Assembly: GCA_052034405.1 (NCBI GenBank)
Contig: JBPOIO010000004.1
Location: forward strand, 64,751 to 128,750
Reading direction: 5' to 3'
Length of the DNA: 64,000 nucleotides
Source: Candidatus Magasanikiibacteriota bacterium
Lineage (GTDB): Bacteria > Patescibacteriota > Patescibacteriia > Magasanikbacterales > UBA922
Part shown: in pieces, positions 19,896 to 29,231 of the stretch
How positions within the stretch are numbered: position 1 is the first letter of the stretch
How the letters are laid out: each line of letters opens with the position of its first letter
The notes under the pieces: generated by a model
The model's input: the letters and a program-made list of their open reading frames with translations, nothing else
The model's database searches: none
Told to the model about the DNA's origin: nothing
Translations under genes and position numbers: made by a program

Positions 19896-21041
19896 ATGGC
19901 CCTCAATGATATTGAACAAATTCAGCATCTCTTGAACGAAAGCAAACATATTTTGATTACTTTTCGTAAAGATGGAAACGGCGACGCAATTGCATCATCT
20001 CTTGCGCTTGCTTTATTTTTACAAAAACAAAACAAACACGTCGACATTGTAGTCGATCGTTTTGTCTTGGCCAAAAAGTTTTCCTTTCTCCCTTCTTCAA
20101 AACATATCAAATCACAATTTCCTCATCTTCAAAAATTTATTATTACTCTTGATCTTAAAAACAGTGGTGCCCAAGAACTGAGCTATGATATCAAAGATAA
20201 CAAACTCCAAATTTTTATTACACCAAAAACAGGATCTATTAACCGTGACCAAATTCAAACCGCACAGTCCGAATTTCGATACGACCTGATTATTACTCTC
20301 GATAGCCCAGATTTGGCATCACTTGGTGCGCTCACAGAAATGAACACTTCGCTTTTTTACGCACTTCCAATTCTCAATATTGACTACAAAGCAAACAACG
20401 AACGCTACGGACAAATCAATGTGGTATCCCTCACTTCTACTTCCACCAGTGAAGTTGTAGCCGAACTTCTCCGTAAACTTTCTGAAACAGATATTGATCA
20501 CAATATTGCAACAGCGCTTCTCACAGGAATGATCGCCAATACCAACAGCTTCAAAACAAAAGATATCAAACCAAGTACACTCGCACTCGCCAGTCGTCTC
20601 ATCGGCATGGGAGCTGACCGCGAATATATTATCCAAGAACTCTACCGTACCAAAACACTCGCTGCCCTCAAACTCTGGGGACAAGCACTTGCACACCTAG
20701 AATTTGATACAACATTTGGTATTGCCTCAACTACTATTACACGAGAAGATTTTGCTCGCACAGGCGCTACAGAACACGATCTTTATGATATTGTAGACGA
20801 ACTTATTGCCAACTCACCAGAAGCAAAACTTATCCTTATCCTTCACGAACACCCACAAGATCATGAGAACAAAAGCATTCATGGAATTTTGCATACCACA
20901 GACCACATTGATGTACACAGCCTTATCGAAACATTTCATCCAGAAGGAACAGGTCGCCGAATATCATTTACCATTACAGGCAAAACTCTAAAAGATGCCG
21001 AAGAAGCAATCCTCGCAGAAATAAAAAAGAATCTTGCATAA
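19896..21041 (+). CDS. DHH-family phosphoesterase-like protein (NrnA-like, degenerate motifs)
   Basis: GDAIAS, IITLDS, LNIDYK in place of DHH, LLTGMIANTNSF; promoter TTGACA-N17-TAGAAT upstream. Confidence 0.85.
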   Translation: MALNDIEQIQHLLNESKHILITFRKDGNGDAIASSLALALFLQKQNKHVDIVVDRFVLAKKFSFLPSSKHIKSQFPHLQKFIITLDLKNSGAQELSYDIKDNKLQIFITPKTGSINRDQIQTAQSEFRYDLIITLDSPDLASLGALTEMNTSLFYALPILNIDYKANNERYGQINVVSLTSTSTSEVVAELLRKLSETDIDHNIATALLTGMIANTNSFKTKDIKPSTLALASRLIGMGADREYIIQELYRTKTLAALKLWGQALAHLEFDTTFGIASTTITREDFARTGATEHDLYDIVDELIANSPEAKLILILHEHPQDHENKSIHGILHTTDHIDVHSLIETFHPEGTGRRISFTITGKTLKDAEEAILAEIKKNLA

Positions 21042-21068
21042 AACAAGATTCTTTTTTTATCTCAAAAT

Positions 21069-22646
21069 TTAAATCAAAGCCCGTCCACTCATCTCTGGCG
21101 GTTGTTCAAGTCCCAAAATACTCAAAATTGTTGGCGCAACGTCTGCAAGCATCCCAACCGGTGGCATAAGAGAGAGATCCCCTTCAATAGGATCCCCCGC
21201 TGGACCAGCCACTCCACGATACTGTTCACCAATAATCATAAAGGGCACAGAATTTGTACTGTGTTCTTTGTCAATTTCTCCAGTTTGCAAATTTTTTACT
21301 TCTTCCGCATTGCCATGATCTGCAGTAATGAGCAAGACCCCACCTTTGGCCATGGTATATTCGGCCAATGTACCAATCGCACGATCTACTGCTTCTACAC
21401 CCTTCACTGTTGCTTCCATATTCCCCGTATGCCCAACCATATCTGGATTTGCAAAATTCAAAAATATCACATCATATTGTTCTGCCTGAATTACTTTTAC
21501 TGTTTCTTTTACAATCTCATCTGCCGACATTTCTGGAGCCAAATCATAAGAAGCTACTTTTGGTGAAGGAATAATTTTGCGATCTTCTCCAGGAAAAGCT
21601 TCTTCACGAGTACCATTCAAAAAAAATGTTACATGCGCGTATTTTTCTGTTTCTGCAATATGAAATTGTTTCAGTCCTGCTTTACTAATCACTTCTGCCA
21701 AACAGTTACTTACCACCTGTGGAGGGAAAGCAACGGTCACGGGCAATTCTTTTTCGTATTCTGCCATGGTCACAAAAAACAGATCCTTCATGTATACCCG
21801 ATCAAATTTTGTAAAACCAGGAAGCACAAAAGCCTGTGCCAGTTGACGTGCACGATCTGGACGAAAGTTAAAAAATATCACTGAATCTCCATTTTCAATC
21901 TTGGCCGTAGGAGCACCTTCGGATCCAATAACCGTAGGAACAAATTCTTCGTCATATACTTTTTTGGCATAGGAAGCTTCTACTGCACTCACAGCGTCAG
22001 TTGCATACACATCTGCCCGACCATCGGTCATAGCAAGATATGCTTTTTGTACACGATCCCAACGATTATCACGATCCATGGCAAAATAACGACCTGACAA
22101 TGTTGCAATTTTTCCTACTCCAAGTTCTTTCATTTTTGCTTCAAGAAGTCGAACAAAATCAACCCCAGCATTGAAAATCGTATCGCGACCATCCAAAATT
22201 ACATGAACATAGACTTTATTCAAGCCCTGACGCTTACAAAATTCAAGTAAAGCAAACAAATGATCCTGCGAAGCATGCACATTCCCAGGACTCACAAGCC
22301 CGAGTAAATGTATAGGTTTGTCCGCAGATTTTGCATGCTCAGCAGCCTTTACAAAAGCAGTATTATCAAAAAAACTTCCGTCCTGAATACTTTTATTAAT
22401 GAGTGGAAATGTCTGGTAATATACTCGTCCTGCCCCAATATTGAGGTGTCCTACTTCACTGTTTCCCATTTCACCAAATGATAATCCAACTTCAGAACCC
22501 GAAGCGAGCACGGTCATCACTGGATATTCACGAATAAATTTGTCCCAATTTGGTTTATTCGCGCGAGTAATAGCATTGCCATCACTGTCTGGAGCAACGC
22601 CAAATCCATCCAAAATTGCAAGTACGAGTGGTTTAGGTCGAGGCAT
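21069..22646 (-). CDS. gpmI: 2,3-bisphosphoglycerate-independent phosphoglycerate mutase
   Basis: ILDGFG, GNSEVGH, DGRD, MDRD, FNFRPDR, ETEKYAHVT, NPDMVGH, ADHGNAE. Confidence 0.96.
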   Translation of the reverse strand: MPRPKPLVLAILDGFGVAPDSDGNAITRANKPNWDKFIREYPVMTVLASGSEVGLSFGEMGNSEVGHLNIGAGRVYYQTFPLINKSIQDGSFFDNTAFVKAAEHAKSADKPIHLLGLVSPGNVHASQDHLFALLEFCKRQGLNKVYVHVILDGRDTIFNAGVDFVRLLEAKMKELGVGKIATLSGRYFAMDRDNRWDRVQKAYLAMTDGRADVYATDAVSAVEASYAKKVYDEEFVPTVIGSEGAPTAKIENGDSVIFFNFRPDRARQLAQAFVLPGFTKFDRVYMKDLFFVTMAEYEKELPVTVAFPPQVVSNCLAEVISKAGLKQFHIAETEKYAHVTFFLNGTREEAFPGEDRKIIPSPKVASYDLAPEMSADEIVKETVKVIQAEQYDVIFLNFANPDMVGHTGNMEATVKGVEAVDRAIGTLAEYTMAKGGVLLITADHGNAEEVKNLQTGEIDKEHSTNSVPFMIIGEQYRGVAGPAGDPIEGDLSLMPPVGMLADVAPTILSILGLEQPPEMSGRALI

Positions 22647-22660
22647 AGTATCAAAATTTG

Positions 22661-22790
22661 TAATTACTCATGTGGCGTATAAAGCATTTGCATTTTTTGC
22701 GGGTTACGACCTGCGCACAGGTCGTCCCTGATGAGCCCACGGCGAGGAAAGCAAAAAGAGCAAATGTGTATACGTCATGATGAGTAATTA
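22661..22790. repeat. 130-bp imperfect palindromic element (REP/MITE-like)
   Basis: Ends TAATTACTCAT/ATGAGTAATTA, inner arms CATTTGC..TTTTTGC / GCAAAAA..GCAAATG, central hairpin ACGACCTG-CGCA-CAGGTCGT. Confidence 0.7.
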
Positions 22791-22795
22791 TGAAT

Positions 22796-24370
22796 TTAAA
22801 TTAAAGATTTTCCAGTCATTTCTTTTGGCTTTTTAATACCAAGCAATTTTAATACAGTTGGAGCGACATCTGCAAGTTTTCCACTCTTTGCCTTCATTTT
22901 TTTCTTGAACAAATCTTTTTGCACAATGATAAACGGCACTGTGTTGATTGTGTGCTCGGTCAAATGTTCCCCTGTTACTTCATCAAACATTTCTTCGGCA
23001 TTGCCATGATCTGCCACAATCACTACGGTTCCATCTCTACGAAGTGTCGCCTCCACAATACGCGCCACAGCCCGGTCTACTGCTGTTACAGCAATCTTTG
23101 CAGCTTCAAAATCTCCTGTATGCCCAAGCATATCTGCATTTGGAAAATTCACACAGAAAAAATCAAATTTGCTCGAAGCCAAATATTTGAAAATACGTTT
23201 TGATATTTTTTTGATACTCATTTCTGGTTTCTCTGCATAGGACATTTCTTCAAAAGAAGAAACAAGTTCACGAATTTCACCATTAATGGCTTTGGCAAAT
23301 CCCCCATTCATAAAGTAAGTTACATGGGCATATTTTTCTGTCTCCGAAATAAAAAGCTGCCTGCGATTTTCACCAATCGCTTTTGCTAAACAATTTTGAA
23401 TATCTGGACTTGGAAATGCCGTCAAAATCCCTAGCAAGTCAGGACCAAAATCAGTAAGAGCCACAAAGCAAATATCTTTCAAGACTTTTTTTCTTTTGAA
23501 ACTTTCTATATTTTCTTCTTCAAAATCTTTTTGCACAATCGCCTTGGTAATTTGACGTGCACGGTCACTACGACAATTGAAAAAAATTACTGCATCATAA
23601 TCATTCATCTGAGCAATAGCTTTTCCATGCTCGGTAATAATCGTCGGAGTAATATATTCATCTGTTTCTCCTCGATTGTATCCGTGTTCCACCGCAGCTT
23701 CTGCACTTGGCGCTTTATGCATTCCTTCATCGAGCGTCAAGACATTGTATGCTTTTTCTGTACGATCCCAATTTTTGGCACGGTCCATGGCATACATGCG
23801 CCCCATGATACTAACAATTTTTTCATTGCCAGTCATATGTGTTCGCAAAATTCGAATATATTCTGTAGCAGAATGTGGAGAAGAATCACGACCATCGGTA
23901 AAGAGATGCAAATACACTGGAATTGTTTTTTCTTTTTTGAGCATGTCGAGAATAGCATAGAGATGCTCTGGATGTGCATGCGCACTTTGTCCATCGGTCA
24001 AAAGTCCCATCAAATGAATCGCACTTTTATTTTTGTGTGCATGTTCAATGGCTTTTTTGAGTGCAATATTTTTAAAAAATCTTCCGTCATCAATTTCTTT
24101 TGAAATAGTCACAAGATCTTGTTCGACGATACGTCCGGCACCAATATTGAAATGCCCCGCTTCACTATTGCCCTCTTGATCCGGAAAAAGTCCGACAGCT
24201 TCGCCATGAGCAGTAAGTTGTGTTGACGGATATTGGCGCATATATTCAAAAATATGCGGTGCCGTTTTGGGCGTAATAGCATTCCCAGGTAATTTGTGGT
24301 CACGAAGACCAAAGCCATCAAGGATAATGAGGAAAAAAGGTGAGTTTTTGGAAGTCTTTTTGGTAATCAT
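22796..24370 (-). CDS. gpmI: 2,3-bisphosphoglycerate-independent phosphoglycerate mutase (second paralog)
   Basis: ILDGFG, GNSEAGH, DGRD, MDR, FNCRSDR, ETEKYAHVT, NADMLGH, ADHGNAE. Confidence 0.95.
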   Translation of the reverse strand: MITKKTSKNSPFFLIILDGFGLRDHKLPGNAITPKTAPHIFEYMRQYPSTQLTAHGEAVGLFPDQEGNSEAGHFNIGAGRIVEQDLVTISKEIDDGRFFKNIALKKAIEHAHKNKSAIHLMGLLTDGQSAHAHPEHLYAILDMLKKEKTIPVYLHLFTDGRDSSPHSATEYIRILRTHMTGNEKIVSIMGRMYAMDRAKNWDRTEKAYNVLTLDEGMHKAPSAEAAVEHGYNRGETDEYITPTIITEHGKAIAQMNDYDAVIFFNCRSDRARQITKAIVQKDFEEENIESFKRKKVLKDICFVALTDFGPDLLGILTAFPSPDIQNCLAKAIGENRRQLFISETEKYAHVTYFMNGGFAKAINGEIRELVSSFEEMSYAEKPEMSIKKISKRIFKYLASSKFDFFCVNFPNADMLGHTGDFEAAKIAVTAVDRAVARIVEATLRRDGTVVIVADHGNAEEMFDEVTGEHLTEHTINTVPFIIVQKDLFKKKMKAKSGKLADVAPTVLKLLGIKKPKEMTGKSLI

Positions 24371-24482
24371 AGTACAGATAGTATAACGGATTTAGATATG
24401 TTTATCAATGAAGGATATTGACTTTTAGGCTAAAAATGATAGGGTGATACTAGACCAACGTCACCCAAGAAGGGGGTGCATC

Positions 24483-25286
24483 ATGCTCTGGTATTTCGTG
24501 TCCGCGGGTCTCGGCATTCTCGCCGGGATCCTAATCGGTAAAGCCCTGCAAAAGCGGGGCGAACCACAACGGATCGATGAAGCCATCGACAATGCAATCA
24601 AGACAGAGCGGGCCGAAGTCCGCAAGAAGGAAGAAGCAAATCTCCAAACGAGCCACCACGAGGTGGCGAAGTTCCTGAGCAACCACATCAAAGATCCAGG
24701 AGTAACCTGGGACATTGTAGAACTCTACAACGTCCGCAGCAAGATCAGCCTACGCCTGCTCCTCGGACTCGGGCAAGATAGCCCGATTCTGCTGACGGCA
24801 ATCCTGGCTTCCCACCCCAGCGGAGCTGACGGAACTTTCTTCAGGATGGCGCGCCCGGCGAATATGAGTTCGCCTCCGAATCTGATCACTCCACAACCCG
24901 ACTGGGATGTTGGGATTGCTCAGATCCGCCAGAAGATTCTGATTGTCCCGCAGATCCTGATGTTCAGTGTGATTCCTCGTGCCTACAGGCAAGCACAGTC
25001 CGAAAGCATGAAGACACAGATGAACCCAGGTCTCGGAATGCCACAGGCCTCTTCGCCACCGGCAACGCCCAACGACGAACCCACCCCCGAACTGGTTGTG
25101 GTCGAACCCAGCGCAGCGGCGCAGCGACTGGAAGACGCCGATCCTGACGTCCAGGCCCGCGCAACAGCTGCCCTGACCGAAGCCAAGGCAGCGCATCCTA
25201 TCCCCCCCGCCGACACGGCCCCAGCCGAGACCGAGGCGCCGCGCCCCGAACGCAAGACTCTGGCCTGGACCCCCAAGGGGGGCTGA
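24483..25286 (+). CDS. Hypothetical membrane-anchored protein, GC-rich, Pro/Ala-rich C-terminus
   Basis: GAAGGGGG SD-like element before ATG 24483; N-terminal hydrophobic helix; 38/60 GC in 25021-25080 (hand count). Confidence 0.7.
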   Translation: MLWYFVSAGLGILAGILIGKALQKRGEPQRIDEAIDNAIKTERAEVRKKEEANLQTSHHEVAKFLSNHIKDPGVTWDIVELYNVRSKISLRLLLGLGQDSPILLTAILASHPSGADGTFFRMARPANMSSPPNLITPQPDWDVGIAQIRQKILIVPQILMFSVIPRAYRQAQSESMKTQMNPGLGMPQASSPPATPNDEPTPELVVVEPSAAAQRLEDADPDVQARATAALTEAKAAHPIPPADTAPAETEAPRPERKTLAWTPKGG

Positions 25287-25399
25287 GCCAACCACCCCGC
25301 GCGTACGATGCGCGGGGATCGTTCATTCACCACACGCAGGTCGCCGACGGCTGCGTGTCCCGCCATCTGTGCCACGAGGAGGGAACCCGTCGGCACAGC

Positions 25400-25434
25400 A
25401 AAAAAAACTCTCTTCTTTCGAAGGGAGTTTTTTT
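25400..25434. terminator. Bidirectional terminator
   Basis: A8-CTCTCTTC-TTTC-GAAGGGAG-T7 between convergent genes. Confidence 0.75.
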
Positions 25435-25444
25435 GATCTACAAA

Positions 25445-25834
25445 CTAGAGAGAACTATTCTTTTTGCTAAGATAGGTTTCAAGGATAATCATGGCAGATT
25501 TTTCGTCCACACTCGACTCCCCTCCCATATTGTTGGCTTCGTGTGTAGAAAAACGTTCATCCACAAAATGCATAGGCACTTCTACATGTTCTTTGAGCTT
25601 TTCGGCGAATGTTCGAACACGTCCAGTGGCTTCGGTTTCTTCATTATTCATTCCAAGAGGAAGACCAAAAACAATCTCTTCAAAGTCTTCTTTCAAAACC
25701 AAATCTTTTATATTCAAAAATACTTTTGGCTCAAAATTTTGCATGCTTCCAAAAGGAAACACAATATCAAGATCAGTATCTGTCATAGCAAGACCAAGAG
25801 TTTTTGTTCCAAAGTCGATAGCGAGGATCTTCAT
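25445..25834 (-). CDS. ruvX: YqgF/RuvX family RNase H-fold protein (pre-16S rRNA nuclease)
   Basis: ILAIDFGTKTLGLA, VFGLPL, VDERFST, VDEKSAMIILE. Confidence 0.92.
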   Translation of the reverse strand: MKILAIDFGTKTLGLAMTDTDLDIVFPFGSMQNFEPKVFLNIKDLVLKEDFEEIVFGLPLGMNNEETEATGRVRTFAEKLKEHVEVPMHFVDERFSTHEANNMGGESSVDEKSAMIILETYLSKKNSSL

Positions 25835-25843
25835 AAAATATTT

Positions 25844-26659
25844 TTATTCGTTTGGTCTTCGGGTAATTACCTCTGGACCTTTTTTTGTAATAATAACAGT
25901 ATGTTCAAAATGCGCACTCATACTTCCATCAGCCGTCTGTATACTCCAACCATCATTTGCTGTTTTTACTCTCCACGTACCAAGAGTAATCATTGGCTCA
26001 AGAGCCAGCACCACATTTTCTTTCAAGATCCACTGCTCGAGTTCTTCGTTATAATAATTGGCAACATGAGGTTCTTCGTGCACCGCATGACCCACACCAT
26101 GCCCAACCAGATCTCGTACAATACCATACTTCCCTTGAGAATCAACATAGTCTTCGATAGCGCGACCAATATCCGCAACAGTATTTCCAATAACACACTG
26201 CTCCAAACCTTTTTCCAAAGAAATTCTTGTTACTTCAAGTAAGTCTCTATATTCTTTTGAAATTTTTTTACCAGCCACAACAGTCAGTGCTGTATCCACA
26301 AAAAATCCATTTCCATTTGGCCCAGCCCCGCAATTTGCGGGGTACTGCATACCAATATCAAGACTCACCAAGTCCCCTGCCTGTATAATTTTTTCTGCAC
26401 TCGGAATCCCATGCACCACTTCGTCATTGAGAGAAAAACACAAAGTTCCTGGAAAAGGTGTATCTCCACGACGAGTTTTGTATCCTTTGAAAGCAGGAAC
26501 ACCACCAGACTCTAGAATTAATTTTTCTGCCATTCGGTCAATCTCCAAACTGCTAACCCCAGGTTTGATCATTTTTTCAAGGGTTTCCAAAATTTCGCCC
26601 ATCTTTCGACCGCCTTCACGCAAATACTTTATTTCTGAAGATTTTTTTGTATATGACAT
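25844..26659 (-). CDS. map: Methionine aminopeptidase type I
   Basis: SLNDEVVHGIP, SLDIG, DTA, GHGVG-x-x-VHEEP, LEPM, SAHFEHT. Confidence 0.96.
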   Translation of the reverse strand: MSYTKKSSEIKYLREGGRKMGEILETLEKMIKPGVSSLEIDRMAEKLILESGGVPAFKGYKTRRGDTPFPGTLCFSLNDEVVHGIPSAEKIIQAGDLVSLDIGMQYPANCGAGPNGNGFFVDTALTVVAGKKISKEYRDLLEVTRISLEKGLEQCVIGNTVADIGRAIEDYVDSQGKYGIVRDLVGHGVGHAVHEEPHVANYYNEELEQWILKENVVLALEPMITLGTWRVKTANDGWSIQTADGSMSAHFEHTVIITKKGPEVITRRPNE

Positions 26660-26666
26660 AACAAAA

Positions 26667-27347
26667 TTAATTTATACCAAGAACACGTCGTAGTTCTGCA
26701 TCTACCTCGAGAATACTTTGACTTCCGTCAATTACAAAGACATGCCCTATACTTTTATAATAATCCACAATTGGCCGAATCATCACATTCCCCTGACTTT
26801 CAATACGTTTCTCGGCTATTTCTGGATGATCGTCATTTCGTACTTCCAAATTTCCTCCACATTTTTCACAAATTTCTTTTTTGAAATTATCTGGTGAATA
26901 TGGAATGATATATTGACAAAGCGAACATACTTTACGTTTTGTCAAACGTTGAAAACTCAGCTCATCACTAATTTGAATTTCCACAACCGCAACTTGATCT
27001 TGAATTCCCTTGGATTCAAAATATCTTTCGTATTCTTTGGCCTGCTCATAGGTACGAATAGCACCATCCAAAATTGCCACTTTTCCTTGTGCAAAAGCTT
27101 CGTCAATAGCATGAAAAGCAATTTTGTAGACCAATGCATCTGGCACCAAGGCACCAGATTTCATATGATGCACAAAATCCTTATCCTCTGGAGCAATACT
27201 TGGATCAGAATCAATATTGCGAAAAAGCTGTCCCGTAGAGATATGTACAAATGTTGTATCCTGTGCCAAAAGCTGTGCTTCTGTACCTTTTCCACTTCCA
27301 GGAATTCCCATGAGAATAATCACCTTCCACTTGTTGTTATCGGCCAT
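26667..27347 (-). CDS. adk: Adenylate kinase (Zn-binding LID)
   Basis: GIPGSGKGT, HISTG, GALVPD, CxxC...CxxC LID, RNDD; secY-adk-map synteny. Confidence 0.92.
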   Translation of the reverse strand: MADNNKWKVIILMGIPGSGKGTEAQLLAQDTTFVHISTGQLFRNIDSDPSIAPEDKDFVHHMKSGALVPDALVYKIAFHAIDEAFAQGKVAILDGAIRTYEQAKEYERYFESKGIQDQVAVVEIQISDELSFQRLTKRKVCSLCQYIIPYSPDNFKKEICEKCGGNLEVRNDDHPEIAEKRIESQGNVMIRPIVDYYKSIGHVFVIDGSQSILEVDAELRRVLGIN

Positions 27348-27474
27348 AAAAAATGTCAAAATTGAACTTAGAACAAGACGTCCGTACTATAACAAAAAAC
27401 CTGGTTCTATGCAAGAAAAAAAGAATCCTGGCTTTTCACCAGAATTCTTTTATTTTGAAAATTGTAAATATTTT

Positions 27475-28746
27475 CTAAACGTGATCGTATTCATGAAGTG
27501 TAAGCTGTGCCTCAATTTGTTTTGCTGTTTCAATACAAACACTCACCACAATGAGGATACTTGTTCCACCAATAATCAAAGATTGACTACCTGTAAAAAA
27601 CTGTAAGATATTTGGAAGTACGGCAATAATCCCAAGAAACAAAGCTCCTGAAAAAACCAAACGATGCATGATAGTTCCAATATATTCTTCGGTTTGTTTT
27701 CCTGGACGAATACCTGGAATAAATCCACCTTGACGCTGCAAATTTTCTGCAATTTTTTGAGGTTGGAAAATAACAGCAGTATAGAAATAGGTAAATCCAA
27801 ATACCAAGACAAAATATGCTACTCCGTAAAACAATTGATTTTGAAACAAAGTAATCACCTGCTGAGCAAAAATAGCTCCACGACCAGTTCCTCCAACAAA
27901 GAATTGAGCAATTACGGTTGGAAATAACACAACAGATATAGCAAAGATAATTGGAATTACACCAGCCATATTCACACGAAGTGGAAGGTGTGTACTTGCT
28001 CCAGCAGTCCCATATCCACCACGGCCTTGTTTGGCATAACTTACTGGGATATTTCGTTGACCTTCACTAATAAGTACGACTCCAAAGATAGTAAGAACAA
28101 CAACCGCAAGATATCCAATATAGGTCAAAATATTTGAAGAATCGTAGTTGACAATAACTGTTTGCAATGTTTGAGGAAGAGAAGATACGATTCCCGCAAA
28201 GATAAGAAGTGAGATACCATTTCCTACTTTTCGCTCTGTAATAAGTTCACCAATCCACATGAGGAACATGGTTCCGGCCGTTGCAGTAATCATAATTGCA
28301 GCCACAGAAAATGGAGAGATATCTGTCAAAATTCCACCACCTTGGCGAGAAAGAAGTTTGATAAGTCCATATCCTTGGAGCATCGCAAGAGGTACAGCTG
28401 CGATACGTGTATACATGCTAATTTTTTGTTGTCCTGATTCACCTTCTTTGGTCAATTCTTCAAGAGAAGGAATCACCATAGCAAGAAGCTGGAAGATAAT
28501 TGAAGCAGTAATATATGGAGCAACACCAAGAGTCACAATAGAGAAACTTTTGAGTGTTCCACCAGAAAAAACATTGAGAAGACCAAGAACCTGATTTCCT
28601 TCAAGAAAACTTTTCAAGGCCGCAGTATTAATTCCAGGAACTGGAATATGAGCAACGAGACGGAAAACAACAAGCAAAAAAATAACAAAAAGCAAATCTT
28701 TGCGAACAGAAGGAATCCCCCAAATGCGTTTCAATTTTTCAAACAT
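27475..28746 (-). CDS. secY: Preprotein translocase subunit SecY
   Basis: HIPVPG, LGVAPYITASI, GNGISL, AGVIPIIFA, FIPGIRPG, GGTSILIVV. Confidence 0.98.
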   Translation of the reverse strand: MFEKLKRIWGIPSVRKDLLFVIFLLVVFRLVAHIPVPGINTAALKSFLEGNQVLGLLNVFSGGTLKSFSIVTLGVAPYITASIIFQLLAMVIPSLEELTKEGESGQQKISMYTRIAAVPLAMLQGYGLIKLLSRQGGGILTDISPFSVAAIMITATAGTMFLMWIGELITERKVGNGISLLIFAGIVSSLPQTLQTVIVNYDSSNILTYIGYLAVVVLTIFGVVLISEGQRNIPVSYAKQGRGGYGTAGASTHLPLRVNMAGVIPIIFAISVVLFPTVIAQFFVGGTGRGAIFAQQVITLFQNQLFYGVAYFVLVFGFTYFYTAVIFQPQKIAENLQRQGGFIPGIRPGKQTEEYIGTIMHRLVFSGALFLGIIAVLPNILQFFTGSQSLIIGGTSILIVVSVCIETAKQIEAQLTLHEYDHV

Positions 28747-28771
28747 ATAATTGTAAAGAGAAAAAACGGCA

Positions 28772-29221
28772 CTAGAATTTCAATGTGCCGCCGTTTTGTT
28801 CGATAGAAGCAATAACTGATTTTGAAGCAAGGCATCCTGTAAGATTCAATGCTTTTGTCAATTTTCCTGAAGCAATAATTTTTACTCCGTTTTTGGCACT
28901 ACGGATAAGTCCGCGGTCTTCCAAAATTTGAGGACTTACTTTTGCACCAGAAGCAAATACGCGTTCAAGTGTAAAAAGAGTCACAGCTTGAGGTTTCAAA
29001 AGTGAAGCTTTGAATCCCAAACCACGAAGTTTTGGTACTTTTTGAAGAGCATGTTTAAAAGAGCGACGAGCATTTCCACCACGTCCACCAGAACGAGCTT
29101 TTTGCCCTTTGGTTCCACGACCAGCAGTAGTTCCCTTTTGAGAACCATTACCACGTCCAACGCGTTTACTTTTACGGTTAGAACCAACACTTGGTTGTAG
29201 GGTATGAAGTTGAAGACTCAT
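28772..29221 (-). CDS. rplO: 50S ribosomal protein L15
   Basis: RVGRG...GTTAGRGTKGQKARSG. Confidence 0.96.
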   Translation of the reverse strand: MSLQLHTLQPSVGSNRKSKRVGRGNGSQKGTTAGRGTKGQKARSGGRGGNARRSFKHALQKVPKLRGLGFKASLLKPQAVTLFTLERVFASGAKVSPQILEDRGLIRSAKNGVKIIASGKLTKALNLTGCLASKSVIASIEQNGGTLKF

Positions 29222-29231
29222 AATTCAATGA

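Noticed and set aside
22695-22760. Hammerhead ribozyme (CTGATGAG...GAAA)
   Set aside because: Stem II is followed by GAGGAAA rather than GAAA, and no NUH cleavage triplet is correctly placed; at best degenerate.
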